Origin: Octopus sinensis | Taxonomy: Eukaryota | Direction: 5' to 3' | NCBI RefSeq assembly: GCF_006345805.1 | Contig: NC_042997.1 | Span: forward strand, 39,928,001 to 39,992,000 | Length of the DNA stretch: 64,000 nt | Shown here: positions 39,263-52,547 of the stretch, in pieces | How positions within the stretch are numbered: the stretch's first letter is position 1 | Layout: each line of letters starts with the position of its first letter | Program-made: the position numbers and the translations under genes | Notes under the pieces: generated by a model | The model's input: only the letters and a program-made list of their open reading frames with translations | What the model was told of the DNA's origin: nothing | Database searches by the model: none

Positions 39263-40265
39263 GTATGTATACATACATGCTACAATACACATACACCAGT
39301 ACAAGTATTGTATCTTATGATGGTCCTTTTACCAATGAAACACACACTCTAATTGTTTCACTGCTTTACGTTATTATTGTGCAAATAATTAACCAAATAA
39401 CGAAAGAAATGCTCGATTGTTTAATTAATCGTTGGATCATTCAGTCTATTACATGGTTTGTTTGAGCTCTTTTGTCGCCATATCTTGCCCTTATTATTTC
39501 AGACCTGTCCTGTTGTATCCAAAATGGGTCACTTGGCTTTTGTTGCCTTATATACAGTGTTTGTGATATGTGTAAATGAAATTGTTAGTGTATGTGTGTA
39601 CGGTGGTATCTCAATATATGTGTACATAGGTGTGTGTATATGTGAGTATATGCGAGTCGGATTTGATTTTCTCTCTTTTATTTCTATGAATAAGGTTTGC
39701 ACCAGCAGAATGTGCGTGCGTGCGTGTTTGTGTGTGTATGCGCTAGCCGTCTAATAGCTTCTAATGGCTAGGTCACTGTTTTTTTAACTATGTCTTATTT
39801 TTATTCATATCTCACAAGGGAATAACAAATTCAACCACAAAACCTATTTATTTCTCACTCTGTTATAGAATGCTATTCATACACACACATGTGCATACAT
39901 ATATATACGCAACCATACAGACGCATACACAGATATGTGTATACGCACATACATGCATACATACATACGTACATAGCGTATAAATATATACATATATGTG
40001 TATATATATACATACGCACATACATACATACTTAGATACACACAGAGGCTCACATATATATACATACATACATATATAAGTATGTATATATATACGTATA
40101 TATATATGTATATATATATGTATATGTATATATGTATATGTATATGTATATATATATATACCGGAGTAAACACATAAATGTGAAACAAGGTGGAAAAAAA
40201 GAGTACTCAAATACCAGTGGTAGAGTAATATACTTTATTTAAAGCAGCAGAAAATTCAACAAAAC

Positions 40266-40303
40266 CTGTTACTCTGAGTTTCACGTTGCCGTTCGTCGGA
40301 CAG
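40266..40303 (-). ncRNA. Minimal type I hammerhead ribozyme motif (minus-strand arm)
   Basis: CTGT-CCGACGA-ACG-GCAA-CGT-GAAA-CT-CAG-AG-TA-ACAG, with a GUA site. Confidence 0.7.
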
Positions 40304-40314
40304 TTTTTGCTAAA

Positions 40315-40352
40315 CTGTCCGACGAACGGCAATGTGAAACTCAGAGTAACAG
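40315..40352 (+). ncRNA. Minimal type I hammerhead ribozyme motif (plus-strand arm)
   Basis: As for the minus arm, but stem II is ACG/TGT (G-U wobble). Predicted cleavage is after 40348. Confidence 0.66.
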
Positions 40353-40599
40353 GTTTTGTTGAATTTTCTGCTGCTTTAAATAAAGTATATATATATACAC
40401 ATTCATACATACACACACAGACTCACACATATACACACATATATATAAGTACACATTTCACTAAATTTTGTACGACTTTTTCAAATCTTTCTCTCCACTC
40501 TCTCTCACATTTCCTTGTCTTTCTTACTCAGTTTTCACTTAACTATGTCCCTGTCTCTCTCTTTTTCACTCCACTCCTTGATTCTTCAGTCTATCTACT

Positions 40600-40642
<43 letters not shown>

Positions 40643-41122
40643 CCTTCTTACTTCCTTTGTTCCTATTTTGCTCTCTCTTCTCTTCCCACGTGACCGTTGG
40701 CCGACTGCTGACCCTTTTGCGTTTGATTGTGGTCACTGCCACGTCGACACACTTTCTTCTGCCGTAAGGCTTCATTTCCATACACGCCAGCTGAATTCAA
40801 TTCGTCCCCAGTCGAAAGATGCCTGTTGTTATGTCCTGTTATTATTATTTATAATATTTTTAATTGTATTTTGTATTTATATTCGTGTAACATCGTCTGC
40901 TTTTCCGTCCTTGTTTCGTTTACATTCGTTGCTTTTTTCCAAGGAATCTAATGATTGGAGCAATCTCAAGATTAATCAGCCGAAATTGCGAGGATGATCC
41001 GGTTCTTGACTGAAGATAAAAGGCTGGATGTTTTGTTGTCCCCTTTTGTATCACCTCGTTGTCCGGATGTTTTGCGTTCTTGTCACATTCTGTATTTTAT
41101 ATATATATACGTACATACATAT

Positions 41123-41211
<89 letters not shown>

Positions 41212-42110
41212 CATACTACAATTCAGATACACCAGTACAAGTATTGTATCTTATGATGGTCATTTTGCCAATGAAACACTCATTCTAACTGTTTCACCCC
41301 TTTACATTATTAATGGAGAAATGATTAACCAATTAACCAACGAAGTACAAGATTGTTTAATTAATCGTTGGATCAGTCAGTCTATTACATGGTTTGTTTG
41401 AGCTCTTTCTTTCGCCATGCCCGACATCACGCATATCTTGCCCTTATTATTTCAGACCTGTCCTGTCGTATCCAAAATGGGTCACTTTGCTTTTGTTCCC
41501 TTATATATGATGTTTGTGATCTGTGTAAATTAAATTGTTAGCATATGTATGTACGGTGGCATCTCAATATATGTGTACATAGGTGTGTGTATATATGTAT
41601 ATATGTGAGTATATGCGAGTCGGATTTGATTTTCTCTCTTTTATTTCTATGAATAAGGTTTGCACCAGCAGAATATGTTTGAGTGTGTGCGTGTGTGTTG
41701 GTGTGCGCGTGTGCGAGTTTGCGTGCGTACGTGCTAGCCGTCTAATAGCTTCTAATGGCTAAGTCGCCGTTGTTAACTGCGTCTTATTTTATTCATACCT
41801 CACAGGATAATAATGAATTCATCCACATACATCTGCAATGTACAGATACATACACAGATATATGTATGCATACAGGTATATATACATATACTCTTTTACT
41901 TTTTTACTTGTTTCAGTCATTTGACTGCGGCCATGCTGGAGCACCGCCTTTAGTCGAGCAAATCGACCCCGGGACTTATTCTTTGTAAGCCCAGTACTTA
42001 TTCTATCGGTCTCTTTTTGCCGAACCACTAAGTGACGGGAACGTAAACACACTAGCATCGGTTGTCAAGCAATGCGAGGGGGACAAACACAGACAAACAC
42101 ACACACACAC

Positions 42111-42185
<75 letters not shown>

Positions 42186-42189
42186 ATAT

Positions 42190-44102
<1,913 letters not shown>

Positions 44103-44150
44103 TATATATATATGTATGTATTGATAGGTAGATACAGACACACACACACA

Positions 44151-44462
44151 ACTGCGTGCACCCTGGGCAAGTGTCTTGTACTATAGCCTCGGGCCGACCA
44201 AACCCTTGTGAGTGGAATTGGTAGACGGAAACTGAAAGAAGCCCTTCGTATATATATATGTGTGTGTGTGTTTGTGTGTATATGTGTTTGTATGTCTGTG
44301 TTTGTCCTCCCCCCTTTCCCAATGTTGGTGTGTTTACTTCCTCGTAACTTAGCGGTTCGGCAGATAGAGACCGATAAAATAAGTACTAGGTGTCGATTTG
44401 TTCGACTAAACGCGGTGCTCCAGCATGGCCGCAGTTAAACGACTGAAACAAATAAAAGAATA
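44151..44462 (+). mobile_element. SINE family C, older 5'-truncated copy
   Basis: CCTGGGCAAGTGTCTTG through CAGCATGGCCGCAG tail. Confidence 0.85.
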
Positions 44463-44492
44463 AACGAAAACGAAGAATATATTATCTATATC

Positions 44493-44523
<31 letters not shown>

Positions 44524-44544
44524 ATGTATGTATATATATGTATA

Positions 44545-44639
<95 letters not shown>

Positions 44640-44710
44640 AATGTATATATATATGTATATATAAATATATAAATGTATATAATTGGCGTAAGAGTGGCTG
44701 TGTGGTAAGT

Positions 44711-45675
44711 AGCTTCCACCACGGCCTCAAGACGACTCCGGAACCGGGCGCGTGCTTTTCTCACTATTTCTCTAGCCACTCGATCGGCCTCGGTGTTGCA
44801 GGCAGAGTGGTTGGTGTCTTTCTCAACTACAAGCCATACACACTAACGCATCGAATTGCAATCGGGAAATTAGGAGGCCAGAAATTGGGGCTAGTGAAGT
44901 CAGAAATTCTCCGACAGCACTTCTAACTCTTTCCGGGAGTGTGCACGGAATATGAATACCTATTTCTTTACAACCCACAAGGGGCTAAACACAGAGTACA
45001 AACAAGTAGAGACAAACGGATTAAGCCGATTACATCGACCCCAGTACGTAATTGGTACTTATTTAATCGACCCCGAAAGGATGAAAGGTAAAGTCGACCT
45101 CGGCGGAATTTGAACTCAGAACGTAGCGGCAGACGAAATACGGCTACGCATTTCGCCCGGCGTGCTAACGTTTCTGCCAGCTCGCCGCCTTTGGAATACG
45201 AATACCACTGCCACAGATACGTCCGGTAGCAACCCTCTCCAGCTGGCGATTGACTAGTCTCCAGCAGCTCCACATAGCCGTTTGAAGTGTGCTTAAGGTC
45301 CTGTTCAAATACGTGGGCTTCTATTCCGGAGTACAGACGCGGTCAGAGCACCTGCTGTGTCCTTTCCTGCTGCTCACGGCTTAGCAGTCTCCGTTAAAGC
45401 TGTCCATGTCACGTCTTACAACCTTTACAGTGTTCACAGAGCATTGAAAAGCAGTCATGATGTCGGTATTTATATTCCCAGCGCAAATTAACATGATACA
45501 GGAAACACTTTTCCAATATTCAGATGACTTCCAATCCTCCATGTCAGTCAACTTCTTCTCAGCTGCAACTTTTAATCTTTATGCCCTCCAACGCCATTGA
45601 CTCTTCACCAATACGTCAAGATGTTCCTGAAGAAAAGAGATAAATAATCGTTAAATTTAGCCCGAACACCCTGTG
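44711..45675 (-). mobile_element. Tc1/mariner (DD37D/maT-like) transposon remnant interrupted by a SINE
   Basis: Minus strand: TIR-like [25 protein letters not shown] (WPPxSPD motif), and [13 protein letters not shown]. Confidence 0.72.
44961..45189 (-). mobile_element. SINE family B, full length
   Basis: 14-bp TSD GGAATAYGAATACC at 44947-44960 and 45193-45206, with one mismatch. Confidence 0.94.
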
Positions 45676-46651
45676 TATATATGTATATACACACACGTAT
45701 ACATACATACATACAACATACATACATGTACGCACACACATACTCACGCACACACACAAACATACACAGACACACACAGAGACAGACACCCACACACACA
45801 CCCACACACACCCACACGCAGATATAGACACTCGCGTGCAGACTCATATCAACCCAAACGTATGATATTCATATCCGGGTTTGCTTTAACTGACATTAAC
45901 AATTTTTATTTTATTTTATTTTTGTCACTATCCCTCTTAGGTGAAAGTTTATATTAGTAGTAAAGACATGTACTTGCGTCTAATCAAGAAAACGGCAATT
46001 TGATCTAAATCTTTGTATCGCGAACGTTTGAAGGATAATTGCTTTTGCTATATGCAGAAAACTGCGATTAACATATTGTTTTTGTTTATATTGTCATATT
46101 CCTAGATTCTATACTTAAGATGCTTTCAGTTACTTGCATTATTGATTACTTGAAATAGGGAAGAGAGCTATTACTTCAACAATTCTGTCGTTAATAAGAT
46201 TCGCCATTCTTTATTTTACAATAAGTTACTATCCATTATCTTGTTCAAATTCGATATTTATGTCCGGTGATAATGTAACAACGTTTCTGCGCTGATGCCC
46301 GAACTATTATTAGAAGATGCTATGAGTTCTTGATTGGAAAAACGCACTGGTGAGAGTCTTTATTTTTCTATTCTCAGAACCCGGCGGCCATACGTCATTT
46401 TAATTTTCTCAGCTCAAATGACAGAAGACTAGGGATATGATCCTTACCAGGTTCACATTTCTCTTTACATTCAATTTCGGAATATTAGATTAAGATTTGA
46501 TCCATATCAGGATAAACGTTTAAGAAAACATCATAGATTTCCTTACAATGTTTGACATATCTACAAAGTGTTTCTTGCATTCATAGAGAGTGAGTAGGCA
46601 TATTATTTTATGCTGTATTGTAATCATGTTTCATATTTTTGCATTATGTTA

Positions 46652-47064
46652 GAAGATGTTTTACAAGATACCAGCAGATATGTGGCAATATTGATGGTAG
46701 CGATAAAAACAACGATAAAAACCTGCTAAATAACTTCAACAACACCGAAACTAGAAATGATAAAAACCTCAAAAATAACAATGTCATGACAAGTGATAAC
46801 AACAGAGTACCGCTGCCACCAGCAAGTCCCCCAACTCATACATCCGTGAGTAACATTATGACCGATACCACCACTAACCAGCTCAAAAACAACGATCACA
46901 AAAATACGGAAGCTGAGACTAGCAAATCCAACATGGCTAGTAGCTCAACTCTTGCTACGTTTGAAACTAAGGCTGTACAATTGCTTTCGCTAGGATCTAG
47001 CAGAGGAAAACAACTTGCCTTCCCAGCTAAACAAAAACGGCGTGGCGATTTTCAAAAGACTTAG
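46652..47064 (+). CDS. Candidate low-complexity (Asn/Thr/Pro-rich) coding exon, unidentified
   Basis: Open for about 137 codons after TTTTGCATTATGTTAG, with a VPLPPASPP motif. No domain or TE motif was recognised. Confidence 0.25.
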
Positions 47065-47250
47065 CCGATGGCTAGATCCACCTCACAACTGCAGCTTGGA
47101 CACTGAATGAGTGTATATAAAAAGGTCTCGCTGCTTTGTGCCTATTTCGGACAATCCCTGGTAATAGCACTTCCATGTTTGTTTTTATTTCAGAAAGTCC
47201 CAAACAAGGCTAGAAACCACTTAGTGTAGGGGACTATGAAAAAGGAGTAG

Positions 47251-47480
47251 TTAAGATGAAACGAATGAATTTACTTTTGAGTTGAAAGAGTTCGGTACCT
47301 GAGAAGGAGGAAAACAATGAGACAGAAGAGGGTTCCAAAGTCTGGCAGTTCGAGGGGAAAATCTACAACTGTAGAAAGACCTCTTTATTCGTGAAAGCAC
47401 AACAGCATTTGGATGAAGACACTGTGAGCTTTGAGTCGAGCGAGATGGACTCAGTCGAGATAAATTCCCCAAAGGGGCTC
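47251..47480 (-). mobile_element. CR1/L2-group LINE C-terminal remnant
   Basis: HPNAVVL..FYSCRFSPRTARLWNPL..CFP..FNSKVN matches the SFFPRTxxLWNxLP motif. Confidence 0.72.
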
Positions 47481-48591
47481 TAAAAGAAACCAGCCAGATG
47501 ATTCTCCTCGTTAGAGACCAGAACTCAATCGGGCTATAGTAAACTAATCAGTTCATCGGTTCAGCGCTTCGCGGTATTGATTAGCAACATGAATCAATGC
47601 TGAAATACAAGACTACTGACCTCTCCGGGTTAATATTTATTCCTGTTAGTAACGATGACACTGACAATATTATCAACATCATCCACATAACACGAAACTA
47701 TTCTACCACATCCTAGTATGAACAGGATGTTTCTAAAATCCGCCTGTTTTCGCTGTAATGACTCAAGAATCAATATATAAAGAAAGGACGAGAGAGTGTT
47801 CTTGACTCAGAAATGACACAGGAGGAGTAATTGCCTGTTTGGGACAAACTCTGCAGGTAAGGGAAGACAAAATAATCAATCCTGTCCAAGAAACCGAACA
47901 AGTCCACAAGGTGGTGAAACCATCTTGCTCGTATTAGTTCAGTGTCCGTACATTGTTGACCCGTGGGCTTGTGGCGAACAGTTGGTACCATGATAGACTT
48001 GGCTAACAGCTAACAGATCCGGATATCAACGGAGTTTAACGAACTACGGCCTCTTTGGAAAGATAGAGCAGCTATCTTCATCTTCCCGCTACGGTAAAGA
48101 AAAATGTGTTGTGTATGAAGTTTAAGGATTTGATGACTGAGTTTTCTTTTTATTCAAATCCTCATTAACATTTTTCAAGTACCCTTTGAAGAGAAGGGTG
48201 AGGTGGAGAGGGATGTACTACTCTTTTGTATTTTTAATGCGAGGAGAGTGGAAGCAGCGAAACTGAAGAGACAAAACTGGTCTTCTCTGTTTGCGTGAAT
48301 CTAAATGGGCGGTAAGAAATTGAAAGAGTTATCTGGGACTTTAAGCTTACTACCTTAAATAGTTTTACCTCTACTTGAGATATTGACGTTTTATTGTTAT
48401 CGATTTATTATTGGTTTTGCCTTCTTTTTTAGCTTTTCTATATTTCTACTGATTTGTATTTCGTCCTTGTACTGTCCCAACACCACGGAAATATTATCTG
48501 AAGAGGTGGAATCCACCATTGACTTTGGTTACATTGAAAACCCGAAACAAATTTAGGAAGTCTAAACAAGTCAAATAATAAAAAAAAAATA

Positions 48592-48626
<35 letters not shown>

Positions 48627-48859
48627 AATAATAAGGAAGACACCGGGGACGTTTAAGATGTAAGAAGGAAAATACAGAGCTCCGAAATCTATCCACAAAC
48701 ATCGAAAACAAGGACACCCTATGGAGCCAAAGATTTACTAACAAAGAATTGGACTATATCCGAGTAAGTAATACGAATTGAAATTTATTACTATTTTCGA
48801 AACAAAATGATGTATTTTGACTCGATATTATCTCCACCTCTAACACAACACATGTAAAC

Positions 48860-50569
48860 ATGCGTGGAACAACACGATCATCCCCGACCTCAAACACCAT
48901 GTACAAAGGAACTACGAAGAAATTAAATGCCACCGATACTATTCAACCCAAGAATAACAATCGAGCGGTACGTACATTAAACCTACAACAAAAAATGTAC
49001 GAAAAACTACACGTGCGAAATAATGTGACAACAAAAATAAACGGACCGGTACCCTACGAAAATGACGACCGTCAAAATAATGGGCCGGACGTTGTACCTC
49101 ATGTCCCGCAATTAAAACCCAAAAGACGTAAATGGACACGTGAGGAATACATCTCTATCTTACACGCATACTTCACAGCAATGCTCTACCCACAAAATGA
49201 AAATACAACAACACATACATATAAAATATGGAAGGAAAATAATAGAGATATAGACTTGGATACAGCAATGAACCCTAATAAATTAGCTAACGTACGAAGA
49301 TACATTCTCAAAGCCAAAAAAATATCAGAAATAGAAATAGAACATTTAAAAGAAAAAATACACCAGGAAAATGTAGATAGAAGCCACACAACAATGCCCA
49401 ATAATATAAACACTGAAACTGTAAAACACGAAGACAAATGCAACATTCCCAACAAACACGATGTAAACAACGAAGGGGAGCCTAATGATTATGATAATAT
49501 AAAAAATAAAATAATCAAAGAACTAAAAACCACAGAGCTCAAAATGGACCACCGACCATACCTCCCAAGAATAAAAATAAATGCAATAACAACACCAATT
49601 ATAAACAACATAAACCTAGCCGTCACTGAACTAGCCACTGAAACAAAAAAAAGTGATATCACTGAACTAAATGACTTGATATACGCAGCAGCCACTGCAG
49701 CCACAAAAGAAGCTGGATACTCACCCAAACCCGCCCAAACAGGAGTACCACCACCCAAACAAACCCTGTGGATAAATAACATCCAAAACAAAATAAAAAA
49801 AATTAGAAAAGACCTGTCGATTCTTAATGAAATCAGCAAACAAACAACGCTACTGAGCAACAAAAAGAGAACAAAAATGCTCCGCAAATATAACATCACA
49901 GAAAAAGATTTGCCGGAGATAAAAGAAAAGCTGAAGCAAGATATCCTTGCCAAAGCTCAAAGGATCTGCCGGTACGAGAAACGCCAACGCTTCTTTGAAC
50001 AGAACAAAAAGTTCAACTCCGACCCCAAAAAGTTCTACCAAGAACTGGGCAAAAATAAAATAGAAGTCACTGCAGCACCAACGGCAGAACAATTGGAAGA
50101 ATTCTGGAAAGAAATATGGTCGGCGAACGAACAGCCAAAAAAAAGGAGTATGAAAATAACAAACTCGGCATCTGAACAACTTTGGACCCCCATAACAACT
50201 GAAGAGGTCACCCAGGCACTGCAAAAACTAAGCAACTGGAAGGCACCTGGGTATGACAAGATCCCCAACTTCTGGTTGAAATATCTAACAGGAATGCACA
50301 AAAAGCTGGCTGAAAACTTTAACAGCATACTGGCAGAGCCAGAGACAATGCCTGAATGGCTCACGAAGGGGAAAACCATCTTAATTCCCAAATCAAATGA
50401 AACAACAAAACCAGAAAACTACAGACCAATAACCTGCCTCCCTACTATGTTCAAGGCATTTACTGCAGTGATATCGCAAAGGCTGAACAAGCACCTGGAC
50501 GAAAAAAAACTGTCCCAGAAGAGCAGAAAGGATGCCGCAAGGGCTCATATGGCTGTAAAGATCAACTAA
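48860..50569 (+). CDS. R4/Dong ORF part 1 (N-terminal Myb-like region to RT start)
   Basis: RRKWTREE, LSNWKAPGYDKIPNFWLK and YRPITCLPT. A frameshift falls in the A-run near 50505. Confidence 0.9.
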   Translation: MRGTTRSSPTSNTMYKGTTKKLNATDTIQPKNNNRAVRTLNLQQKMYEKLHVRNNVTTKINGPVPYENDDRQNNGPDVVPHVPQLKPKRRKWTREEYISILHAYFTAMLYPQNENTTTHTYKIWKENNRDIDLDTAMNPNKLANVRRYILKAKKISEIEIEHLKEKIHQENVDRSHTTMPNNINTETVKHEDKCNIPNKHDVNNEGEPNDYDNIKNKIIKELKTTELKMDHRPYLPRIKINAITTPIINNINLAVTELATETKKSDITELNDLIYAAATAATKEAGYSPKPAQTGVPPPKQTLWINNIQNKIKKIRKDLSILNEISKQTTLLSNKKRTKMLRKYNITEKDLPEIKEKLKQDILAKAQRICRYEKRQRFFEQNKKFNSDPKKFYQELGKNKIEVTAAPTAEQLEEFWKEIWSANEQPKKRSMKITNSASEQLWTPITTEEVTQALQKLSNWKAPGYDKIPNFWLKYLTGMHKKLAENFNSILAEPETMPEWLTKGKTILIPKSNETTKPENYRPITCLPTMFKAFTAVISQRLNKHLDEKKLSQKSRKDAARAHMAVKIN

Positions 50570-51072
50570 TGATTAATAAAGCCGTAACTGAAGACAGCCA
50601 CAGAAAGAAGAAAGGCCTCAGTATGGCCTGGATTGACTACAAAAAGGCGTTTGATAGCATCCCCCACACATGGATCCTCGAAACACTAGCCATTAACAAA
50701 GTAGCACCAACAATCATAAAATTCATAGAGCACTCTATGAATAAATGGCAAACAGTCCTACACCTCCAAACAAAAGAGGGACTCATGAAAACCAAAGACA
50801 TCCCCATTAGAAGAGGAATATTCCAGGGAGACACGCTCTCTCCACTCCTTTTCTGCTTGGCACTGTCACCTCTATCTGATATGCTAAATAGAACTGGATG
50901 CGGATATAAATGTTACGGCAAAACGATCAGCCACCTTTTATATATGGATGACCTAAAACTATACGCTGCAAATGACAAACAGCTGGAAACACTATTAAAG
51001 ACAGTTCAGGGATTTACCAAAGAAATAGATTTACCAAAGAAGAAGATGATGAAGAAACAACAAAAGCTATAA
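50569..51072 (+). CDS. R4/Dong ORF part 2 (RT core)
   Basis: AWIDYKKAFDS, GIFQGDTLSPLLF and HLLYMDDLKL. Confidence 0.92.
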   Translation: MINKAVTEDSHRKKKGLSMAWIDYKKAFDSIPHTWILETLAINKVAPTIIKFIEHSMNKWQTVLHLQTKEGLMKTKDIPIRRGIFQGDTLSPLLFCLALSPLSDMLNRTGCGYKCYGKTISHLLYMDDLKLYAANDKQLETLLKTVQGFTKEIDLPKKKMMKKQQKL

Positions 51073-51077
51073 AACAA

Positions 51078-51892
51078 ATGAAATCCAAACTAAAAATAGA
51101 ACAGCAACGAGCCATGATAAAACGATGGCAAGAAAAACCCCTTCATGGTAAATACTGCACTAAACTAAACGCAAAAGAAATAGACAAAGAAAAATCCCAG
51201 CAATGGTTGAGAAGCTCAGGACTCAAAGCAGAAACAGAGGGATTTTTAATTGCAGCACAAGACCAAAGCCTCCCCACCAGAAATTACCAAAAACATGTAA
51301 TGAAAAGAAATATTACAAGTAACTGCAGAATATGTGGAGATGGACAAGAAACAATAAATCATATTATCTCTAGCTGCCCAGTCCTGGCTAAGAAGGAATA
51401 TATTCACAGACATGACAGAGTTGGAACCTACATACATTGGAAGCTATGCCAACATTATGGAATAACAACAGAAAAAAGATGGTATAGGCACACACCAGAA
51501 AAGGTCACAGAAGACGAGAAAGCAACCATACTCTGGGATATGCCGATACACACAGATAGAGAAATTAAAGCCAACAGACCAGATATAGTTGTCAGAGATC
51601 ATGAAGAAAAAAAATGCTTTCTAATTGATGTATCAATACCGGCAGATGACAACGTGTCTCTAAAAGAAATGGAGAAACTCTCAAAATACAAAGACCTGGA
51701 AATAGAGATAACTAGAATGTGGAACCTGAAAACAGAAACAATTCCTATCATAGTAGGTGCATTAGGCATGATAAAAAAATATTCAGACAAATACATAACA
51801 AAAACCCAGGACTTACAAACACATATAACATACAGAAAATTGCACTACTAGGCACTGCACACATCCTACGCAGAACACTTTCCATACAATAA
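51078..51892 (+). CDS. R4/Dong ORF part 3 (CCHC zinc knuckle plus restriction-like endonuclease)
   Basis: CRICG..ETINHIISSC, RHDRV and RPDIVV..LIDV. A one-base frameshift in a C-run near 51805 restores LLGTAHILRRTLSIQ* at 51892. Confidence 0.9.
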
Positions 51893-51986
51893 CCATCAGA
51901 GCATCACAACAAATCACAGCACATACCCAAGGCACACAGAGCTGCGCTCGGTAGTGAAGTGAAAGCACGCTATAAAAATAAAACTA

Positions 51987-52048
<62 letters not shown>

Positions 52049-52050
<2 letters not shown>

Positions 52051-52481
52051 TTGTTTTGTCTTGGTATAAAAGATGGGCTACAGCAAATATTCTGCTCAAT
52101 ACCACAGATTTGCTTGTCAGTTGTTTGACCGTAACCAGTTGAGCATGTCCCTTAGTGGCTGACGATATGTGCATCTCTGATCACGAGCAGAAGTAGTGGG
52201 GGAGCATCATAGCCATGTGTTGAGAGGGATTCTTTGGGGTTTGAATAGTTCACCTCTGGAAAAATGGGTGGTTCTTTCAACATCCTTAAACAACCCTTAT
52301 TCGGGGACCGTTTGAGCGGGATGGGCTACTCAACCTGAAGAAAATTCTAACTGGGCTCCACCTGCAAGGTCATGTGCTGTTTATCTTGATATGAGATCAC
52401 CATGTCGCGCACATATGGTTGTGATGCATGTGCCTGGTGTACCTTTATCAGACGGGTAGTCATGATGGGTATATTGGGCTT

Positions 52482-52482
<1 letters not shown>
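52049..52482. mobile_element. Unclassified ~430-bp insert between (TAA)n and (TAC)n tracts
   Basis: Sharp boundaries at microsatellites, higher GC than the flanks, and no ORF. Only one copy is in the window. Confidence 0.4.

Positions 52483-52547
<65 letters not shown>

Larger units (their letters stand above)
40161..40390. mobile_element. Penelope-like terminus with a 79-bp fold-back
   Basis: Arms at 40228-40306 / 40312-40390, one mismatch, and a 5-nt loop. Homolog at 22539. Confidence 0.75.
39270..41830 (+). repeat. Dispersed direct duplication of ~570-620 bp (39270-39840 and 41205-41830)
   Basis: Colinear and roughly 85-90% identical by eye. Both copies start at a (TA)n tract. Confidence 0.9.
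48635..52048 (+). mobile_element. Near-full-length R4/Dong-type RLE LINE inserted in (TAA)n, with an internal deletion
   Basis: (TAA)n on both sides (48590-48634 and 51990-52048). Myb-like N-terminus, RT, CCHC finger and PD..D endonuclease. Confidence 0.95.
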
